From positions 14,770 to 78,769 of the forward strand of contig JAUSPV010000224.1 in the NCBI GenBank assembly GCA_030652755.1: DNA of 64,000 nt, in the 5' to 3' direction. Within the stretch, counting starts at the first letter, position 1. Each line of letters opens with the position of its first letter. The notes below the pieces were generated by a model that worked only from the letters and a program-made list of their open reading frames with translations, had not been told where the DNA came from and made no database searches. The position numbers and the translations under genes were made by a program. This DNA is from Caulobacter sp. Its GTDB lineage: Bacteria > Pseudomonadota > Alphaproteobacteria > Caulobacterales > Caulobacteraceae. Below, piece after piece: positions 58,446 through 64,000 of the stretch.

Positions 58446-59624
58446 ATGCAGCCGATTACGACCACCGCCGAACTGGCGGATTTCTGCAAGTCCTTGAAAG
58501 GCCAGCCCTTTATCGCCGTGGACACCGAGTTCATGCGCGAGACGACGTACTGGCCCAAGCTTTGCCTCATCCAGGTCGCCGCCCCCAACGGCGTGGAAGC
58601 CTGTATCGATCCCATGGCCGAGGGCCTGGATCTCAACCCGCTTCTGGACGTCCTGCGCGACGAGACCGTGCTCAAGGTCTTCCACGCCGCCCGTCAGGAC
58701 GTCGAGATCTTCAACAACCTGGGCGCCATGCCCCGGCCGTTGTTCGACACCCAGATCGCCGGCATGGCGGCCGGCTTCGGCGAGCAGATCGCCTATGACG
58801 CCCTGGTCCGCCAGATGCTGAAGATCGAGCTCGACAAGTCCAGCCGCTTCACCGACTGGGCTCGCCGGCCGCTGGCCGACAGCCAGCTGACCTACGCGCT
58901 GGCCGACGTGACGCATCTGGCGAAGCTGTTCCCGATGCTGCGCGAGCGGCTTGAGAAGGGCGGCCGCATGGCCTGGGTCGAGGAGGAGATGCTCGCCCTC
59001 ACCGATCCGGCCCTCTACGACGTCGACCCGGAGAACGCCTGGAAGCGTCTGAAGCCGCGCAAGCACACCGCGAAGTATCTGGCCGTGTTCAAGGCCGTCG
59101 CCGCCTGGCGCGAGCGCACCGCCCAGCAGCGCGACCAGCCGCGCGGCCGCATCCTGAAGGATGACGCCATCGACGAACTGGCCGCCCAGGCGCCGACCGA
59201 CGCGGCGGCCATCGACCGTCTGCGCGGCGTGCCCAAGGGCTTTTCCGGCAGCAAGTTCGGCCCCGACCTCATCGCCGCCATCAAGGAGGCGCTGAAGGAT
59301 CCCGAAGGTTACGCCCCGAAGATCGACCGCGAGCGCGGCCCGCAGAACGTCGCCGCCGGCGCCATCGTCGAGCTCCTCAAGGTGCTGCTGAAGGCCCGGT
59401 CGGAAGACGCCGGCGTGGCCTCCAAGCTGATCGCCACCGTCTCGGACCTGGAAAAGATCGCCAACGACGACAACGCCGACGTCGGCGCCCTGACCGGCTG
59501 GCGCAAGGACGCCTTCGGGGCCGACGCCCTGAAGCTCAAGCGCGGCGAACTGGCCCTGGTGCTGGACGGCGCCCGCGTGCGGGTGGTCGAGGTGCGCCGG
59601 GCGCCGAAGGCGGCGGCGGAGTAG
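58446..59624 (+). CDS. rnd: Ribonuclease D
   Basis: AVDTEF, FHAARQD, DTQ and YALADV exonuclease motifs; HRDC region. Confidence 0.95.
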   Translation: MQPITTTAELADFCKSLKGQPFIAVDTEFMRETTYWPKLCLIQVAAPNGVEACIDPMAEGLDLNPLLDVLRDETVLKVFHAARQDVEIFNNLGAMPRPLFDTQIAGMAAGFGEQIAYDALVRQMLKIELDKSSRFTDWARRPLADSQLTYALADVTHLAKLFPMLRERLEKGGRMAWVEEEMLALTDPALYDVDPENAWKRLKPRKHTAKYLAVFKAVAAWRERTAQQRDQPRGRILKDDAIDELAAQAPTDAAAIDRLRGVPKGFSGSKFGPDLIAAIKEALKDPEGYAPKIDRERGPQNVAAGAIVELLKVLLKARSEDAGVASKLIATVSDLEKIANDDNADVGALTGWRKDAFGADALKLKRGELALVLDGARVRVVEVRRAPKAAAE

Positions 59625-59630
59625 CTGCGA

Positions 59631-60473
59631 ATGGCGCCCGTCCGCACCACCGCCATCATCTATGACTTCGACGGCACCCTGGCGCGGGGCAACATGCAGG
59701 AGACCAGCTTCATCCCGGCCCTGGGGATGACGCCGGCCGAGTTCTGGAACGACACCGTCAAGCCGCAGACCATCAAGGCCGATGGCGACGACATCCTGAT
59801 GTACATGCAGCTGATGCTGCAGACCGCCCGCGAGAAGGGCATCGACGTCACGCGCCAGATGCTCCGGGGCCACGGCAAGGACGTGGCGCTGTTCGACGGG
59901 CTGCGCGACGGCAGCTGGTTTGACCGCATCAACGCCTTCGGGGCCGACTACGGCCTGACGGTGCAGCACTTCATCCTGTCGTCGGGCCTGGCCGAGATGA
60001 TCGAGGGCTGCCCGATCCGCGACCGGTTCGAGCACGTCTTCGCCAGCAAGTACGTCTATGACGCCGATGACCGGGCTGTGTGGCCGGCCGTGGGCATCAA
60101 CTACACGACCAAGACCCAGTACCTGTTCCGCATCAACAAGGGCGTGCACAACAACTGGGAGCATGAGCGCATCAACCGCTACGTCCCCGACGAGGACCGC
60201 CCCGTCCCCTTCGAGCGGATGATCTTCATCGGCGACGGCGACACCGACGTGCCGACCATGAAGATGATGCACACCAAGGGCGGCCACTCGATCGCCGCCT
60301 ATGACCCGCGCACCGAGCCCAACGACCAGACCAAGCTCCACCGCCTGATCAGCGACGACCGCGTCAACTTCGTCGCCGCCGCCGACTACCGCGAGGGCCA
60401 GCCGATGGACCTGATCGTCAAGGGCATCCTGGGCCGCATCGCCGTGCGCGAGCGGACGATGCCGGCGGGGTAG
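59631..60473 (+). CDS. HAD-superfamily hydrolase of unknown substrate
   Basis: YDFDGTL, ILSSG, K in TTKTQY and IGDGDTD motifs. Confidence 0.85.
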   Translation: MAPVRTTAIIYDFDGTLARGNMQETSFIPALGMTPAEFWNDTVKPQTIKADGDDILMYMQLMLQTAREKGIDVTRQMLRGHGKDVALFDGLRDGSWFDRINAFGADYGLTVQHFILSSGLAEMIEGCPIRDRFEHVFASKYVYDADDRAVWPAVGINYTTKTQYLFRINKGVHNNWEHERINRYVPDEDRPVPFERMIFIGDGDTDVPTMKMMHTKGGHSIAAYDPRTEPNDQTKLHRLISDDRVNFVAAADYREGQPMDLIVKGILGRIAVRERTMPAG

Positions 60474-60957
60474 CCGGGCGGCGGAAGTCGGCGAGATCCG
60501 GCGAGATCCCGCGTGAGTTCGACGAATTTTCCGCGAGATCCGGCGATAAGCCGCCAATTGTCCCCAGTGTCTCGCATTGCCTTTCGCCGACGCTGAAGCG
60601 TTCGCTTCACGCTGCGCGGCAGGGGGATGGATTTCGCCTACGGGCTGGACGACGCCCCGCGCGGTGTCCTGGCCGCCGGGGCGGGCGGGCTGCGGGCCCC
60701 TTGCGGCGCGGGGGTTTGAAGGGCGGCTCAGCCGGCGCATGACCCATTGTGCGCCCGTTCAGAGGGGCGGGGATGGCGGCCGGGCGCCGGGCGCGCGGGG
60801 AGGGGGTCGATTGTCCCGCAATGTCTCTGTTTGTCTTCAGAGTATAGGTCCCGAGAGTCTTCATCGGGGGCGCACAAGGGGGCGGCCTTGCCGGAGCGAT
60901 TCCGGTACGCGCCGGCCTGTCCCCCGCGATTTCCTGCCGGACCCGCCTATGCTAGGC

Positions 60958-60992
60958 TGACATCTGCGGTTCCGGCCTTGAGGCAGACGTCA
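60958..60992 (+). promoter_or_regulatory. Inverted repeat over the TA operon leader, candidate operator
   Basis: TGACATCTGC-N15-GCAGACGTCA (9/10 match), just downstream of TATGCT (60948-60953). Confidence 0.45.
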
Positions 60993-61195
60993 TGGGCGCC
61001 TTCGATCCCAAAATCCTGATCGACAAGATCACCGCGCTGCCGGTCGAGTTGATGGCCGAGGTCGAGCAGTTCGTCGACCAGGTCCGGGAGCGGGAGCAGG
61101 ACCGCGCGCTCGCCCGCGCGGCGGCGGCTGCGAGCGTCCCCGCCTTCGCCGCTGTGTGGAACAATCCGGAAGACGACGCCTACGATGCCCTCTGA
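60992..61195 (+). CDS. Antitoxin (DUF2281-like)
   Basis: 67 aa acidic protein ending WNNPEDDAYDAL; overlaps toxin start. Confidence 0.7.
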   Translation: MGAFDPKILIDKITALPVELMAEVEQFVDQVREREQDRALARAAAAASVPAFAAVWNNPEDDAYDAL

Positions 61196-61535
61196 GGCGC
61201 GAGCGTTCGCGTTCGGCGACATCGTCCTCGTCCCGTTTCCCTTCACCAACCAGACGGCGATCAAGCAGCGTCCCGCCGTGGTGATCAGCGGCAGGTCCTA
61301 CAATCAGGCGAGGCCTGACCTGCTGATGATGGCCGTCACGAGCCAGTTGCGGCCCGCGGCGACGCTTGGTGAGGTCTGGCTCTCCGACTGGCGGGCTGCT
61401 GGCCTGCTTAAGCCCTCTGCCGTGAAGCCGGTGATCGCGACGCTCGAACAGGGCTTGGTGATCAGGCGGCTGGGAGCCGTGTCCAAGCAGGACCAGGCCG
61501 CCCTGCGACGGGCGCTTCAAGAGATCATCGGCTGA
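61185..61535 (+). CDS. PemK/MazF family toxin
   Basis: GDIVLVPFPFT, KQRPAVVIS and AVTS motifs. Confidence 0.9.
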   Translation: MPSEARAFAFGDIVLVPFPFTNQTAIKQRPAVVISGRSYNQARPDLLMMAVTSQLRPAATLGEVWLSDWRAAGLLKPSAVKPVIATLEQGLVIRRLGAVSKQDQAALRRALQEIIG

Positions 61536-61542
61536 AGTCCGC

Positions 61543-61567
61543 TGCGTGCTTCGACACGCGGCCCTTG
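61543..61567. repeat. Truncated arm of family 1 REP-like element (copy D)
   Basis: TGCGTGCTTCGACACGCGGCCCTTG matches the arm start of copies A-C. Confidence 0.55.
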
Positions 61568-61571
61568 ACCG

Positions 61572-62810
61572 CTACCGCCCGTAGCCCACGGCCGCGCCGC
61601 CGGTCCCGCCGCCGCTGCGCGCCGCCTCCGTCGCCCAGTCGAGGTCGGCCAGGTACTGGTCGGCGACCGAGAGGTGGACCGGCGACAGCATCAGGTGCAG
61701 GCCGCGTGGCTCGGTGACGGCGCTGGTCACCCAGCCGCGCTGGTAGAGCTGGCCCAGGATGGCCAGACCGTCGACGTCCGGATGGGTGAAGGCGGTGATG
61801 CCCAGCTGCGGCGCGCCGATGACCTGGAAGCCGCGCTCGCGGACACCGGCCTCGATCTGTTCGCGGGCCCTGGTGACCATGCCGTGGCGCTGGCGATAGC
61901 CCTCCACGCCCAGGTAGTTCATCACCGCCCAGGCCGCCGCGATGGCCCCGCCCGGCCGGGTGCCGGCCAGGGTCGGGGTGGTCATCTTGCCGGCCGGCCA
62001 GTCGCTGACCGTGAAGATCATGTGCTTGCGCAGCGCCTCGCTGCGGAAGAACACCGTCGAGGCGCCCTTGGCGCAGTAGCCGTACTTGTGCAGGTCGGCC
62101 GACATCGAGGAGACGCCGGGAACCTCGAAGTCGAACGGAGGGACGTCGCCGCCGTTCATGCGCACGAACGGCGCGATGTAGCCGCCGACGCAGGCGTCGA
62201 CGTGCAGCCACAGGCCGCGCCGCTCCGCCAGCGCGCCCAGCGCCTCGATCGGATCGATCAGGCCGAATGGAAAGCAGGGGGCCGAGCCGACGATCATGAT
62301 CGTGGCCTCGTCGACCGCCGCCTCCATGGCCTCCGGATCGGCCAGGAAGGCCTTAAGCGGCGTGCGCCGGATCTCGATCTCCATGACCAGGCAGGCCTTG
62401 TCGAAGGCCGGGTGGGCCGAGCGCGGCAGCACGATGTTCAGCTGTCCGGTCAGGCCCCGTTCCTTGCGGGCGAAGTCGCGGGCGGCCTTCACGGCCATCA
62501 GGATGGAATCGGTGCCGCCGCTGGTCATGGCGCCCGCAGCGCCTTCCGGCGCGTGTAGCAGGCCAAGGCCGAAGCCGAGCACCTCCTGCTCCATCCGCGC
62601 CAGACTGGGGAAGGCGGCCGGGCCCAGACCGTTCTCCGAGGCGAAGAGGGCGTAGGCCTCCTTCTGCACCCGGTCCAGGTCCTCGCCGGCGTTGAACACA
62701 TAGACCGCCGCCTTGCCGTCCCGCCATTTGACGTCACCGCCGGCCATGTCGGTCATCCGGGCGCGCACGGCGTCCCAGGGCTGGCCCTGGGCGGGAAGGG
62801 GTTGGGTCAT
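61572..62810 (-). CDS. PLP-dependent group II decarboxylase/lyase, sphingosine-1-phosphate lyase-like
   Basis: TSGGTDSI, HPAFDKA, GSAPCFPFG, HVDACVGG, SADLHKYGY and GTRPG motifs. Confidence 0.85.
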   Translation of the reverse strand: MTQPLPAQGQPWDAVRARMTDMAGGDVKWRDGKAAVYVFNAGEDLDRVQKEAYALFASENGLGPAAFPSLARMEQEVLGFGLGLLHAPEGAAGAMTSGGTDSILMAVKAARDFARKERGLTGQLNIVLPRSAHPAFDKACLVMEIEIRRTPLKAFLADPEAMEAAVDEATIMIVGSAPCFPFGLIDPIEALGALAERRGLWLHVDACVGGYIAPFVRMNGGDVPPFDFEVPGVSSMSADLHKYGYCAKGASTVFFRSEALRKHMIFTVSDWPAGKMTTPTLAGTRPGGAIAAAWAVMNYLGVEGYRQRHGMVTRAREQIEAGVRERGFQVIGAPQLGITAFTHPDVDGLAILGQLYQRGWVTSAVTEPRGLHLMLSPVHLSVADQYLADLDWATEAARSGGGTGGAAVGYGR

Positions 62811-62887
62811 GGCGGCCTCCGATGGTCTTTTGGCCAGCCTAGCCGCCCCGGCCGCCGCGCCAAAGGCCAAAGGGATGCGGGGGCGAA

Positions 62888-63568
62888 CTACCCCTTCGCC
62901 CGGTAGATGGTGCAGCGCGAGGTTCCGCCGGTCATCGGGTTGGGGAACGGGACCTCGACGGCGTCGACGGTCGCGAACACGGCCGAGAGGCGCGCCAGGA
63001 AGGCCGGGTCGGGGCCGTCGTCGGACCAGAGGGCGAAGACGCCGCCCGGGGCCAGGGCGTCGCGCAGCCGGGCCAGCGCCGCCTCGCCGTAGAAGTCGGC
63101 GTGACCGGGCGCCAGCCAGCGGTCGGGGGCGTGGTCGATGTCGAGCAGGATGGCGTCCCAGCGCTGGTCGGGCGCGGCGACCAGCGCGAAGAAGTCGATG
63201 TGCCGGAACGTGCAGCGCGGATCGGCGCTGAGCGTCGCGCCCAGAGGGGTGAGGCCCCGGCGGTGCCAGTCGATGACCGGCGCCAGATATTCGGCCACCT
63301 CGACGCTGGCGACCCGGGCGTCGGCCAGGGCGGCGTGGGCCGTGTAGCCAAGGCCCAGGCCCCCGACCAGAACCTTCAGCGCCGCGCCGACGGCCCACTC
63401 GAGCCCCAGCTCCGCAAGCCGCGTCTCACCGACCGTGAACAGGCTCGACATCAGGTGCTCGTCGCCGAGCATCACCTCGAAGACGTCGGTCTCGATGGCC
63501 GGGATCCAGCGCCGGCGCAGCGACACCGGCCCGATGGGGGTGGGCTGGTAGTCCAGCTCTTCCAGCAT
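62888..63568 (-). CDS. Spermidine-synthase-like SAM-dependent methyltransferase
   Basis: VGGLGLGYT and ILLDIDH motifs. Confidence 0.82.
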   Translation of the reverse strand: MLEELDYQPTPIGPVSLRRRWIPAIETDVFEVMLGDEHLMSSLFTVGETRLAELGLEWAVGAALKVLVGGLGLGYTAHAALADARVASVEVAEYLAPVIDWHRRGLTPLGATLSADPRCTFRHIDFFALVAAPDQRWDAILLDIDHAPDRWLAPGHADFYGEAALARLRDALAPGGVFALWSDDGPDPAFLARLSAVFATVDAVEVPFPNPMTGGTSRCTIYRAKG

Positions 63569-63629
63569 CCGCCGGGGGGGGCGAACGGGCCCGGTCATCG
63601 GCGGGTCAGAGGGGCGAGGCCGCGCATCG

Positions 63630-64000
63630 TCATATCCGGCGCACTTCCAGCGGCAGGCCCAGCAGGCCGGCGACCGTGGTCGCCCGGCGGGTGGTCTGTT
63701 CGCCCAGCAGCATGTCCGACCAGCCGTCCAGGGCGGTGAGCACCAGCCGGCCGTCGTGCAGGCCGAGGCGCGACCGGGTGAGCAGGGCGGAGCTGCGGCC
63801 CGACAGGTCGCTGCCCAGGCGGATGGCGGCGCCCAGGGCCCGGGCGCGGCGGCGCTGGGCGTCGGTCAGCAGGCGCGAAATGGTGGCGCCCTCCGGCACC
63901 GACGAGGCCGAGCTGTGGCGGGCGAAAGCCGCGACGGCCAGGAAGGCGCGCTCGGCATGGCGCAGGCCGGCGATCGGCGCGCGCAGCACCTGCTCGAAGA
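63630..64000 (-). CDS. ppx: Ppx/GppA exopolyphosphatase C-terminal region, partial
   Basis: FEQVLRAP...RAFLAVA...ARH...LGAAIRLGSDLSGR resembles alphaproteobacterial Ppx/GppA C-termini; runs off the window. Confidence 0.7.
   Translation of the reverse strand, partial: FEQVLRAPIAGLRHAERAFLAVAAFARHSSASSVPEGATISRLLTDAQRRRARALGAAIRLGSDLSGRSSALLTRSRLGLHDGRLVLTALDGWSDMLLGEQTTRRATTVAGLLGLPLEVRRI

Noticed and set aside
57327-60740. 1137-aa ORF as a PurM fusion
   Set aside because: Only the last 341 aa are PurM; the rest is antisense to rnd and the HAD gene. True start is ATG 58352.
60386-60864. Two minus-strand ORFs (74 and 85 aa) as genes
   Set aside because: No recognisable motifs; one overlaps the HAD gene antisense; composition resembles non-coding GC-rich DNA.

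Overview
High-GC alphaproteobacterial chromosome segment. Gene content and order suggest Caulobacteraceae (Caulobacter/Phenylobacterium-like); this is inference. About 68 CDS. Most are conserved housekeeping clusters: panB-yfgM-bamB-der, radA-cvpA-purF, rpsF-rpsR-rplI, dnaB-alr, fabD-fabG-acpP-fabF-mltG-yicC-gmk, lptF-lptG-lptD-surA-pdxA-rsmA, pepA-holC, ndk, purM-purN and rnd. The main accessory block is at 1-6468, a self-contained respiratory module. It holds the C-terminus of a membrane PQQ dehydrogenase, a Caa3-type CtaG, a cytochrome b, a di-heme cytochrome c4, a mono-heme cytochrome c, a caa3-type subunit II, a subunit I-III fusion and a small membrane protein. Subunit I keeps all metal ligands and the cross-linked Tyr. 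By manual alignment it has lost the K-channel Lys/Thr and all three D-channel Asn residues. The module's divergent promoter region carries back-to-back sigma-EcfG-like motifs. Other notable items: a probable CTG start for panB, REP-like palindromic elements showing compensatory changes, a 50-bp loopless palindrome, a PemK/MazF-type TA pair with a candidate operator, and a sphingosine-1-phosphate-lyase-like gene. No rRNA, tRNA, CRISPR array or transposase was recognised. Family names come from motif recognition by eye, not database searches.
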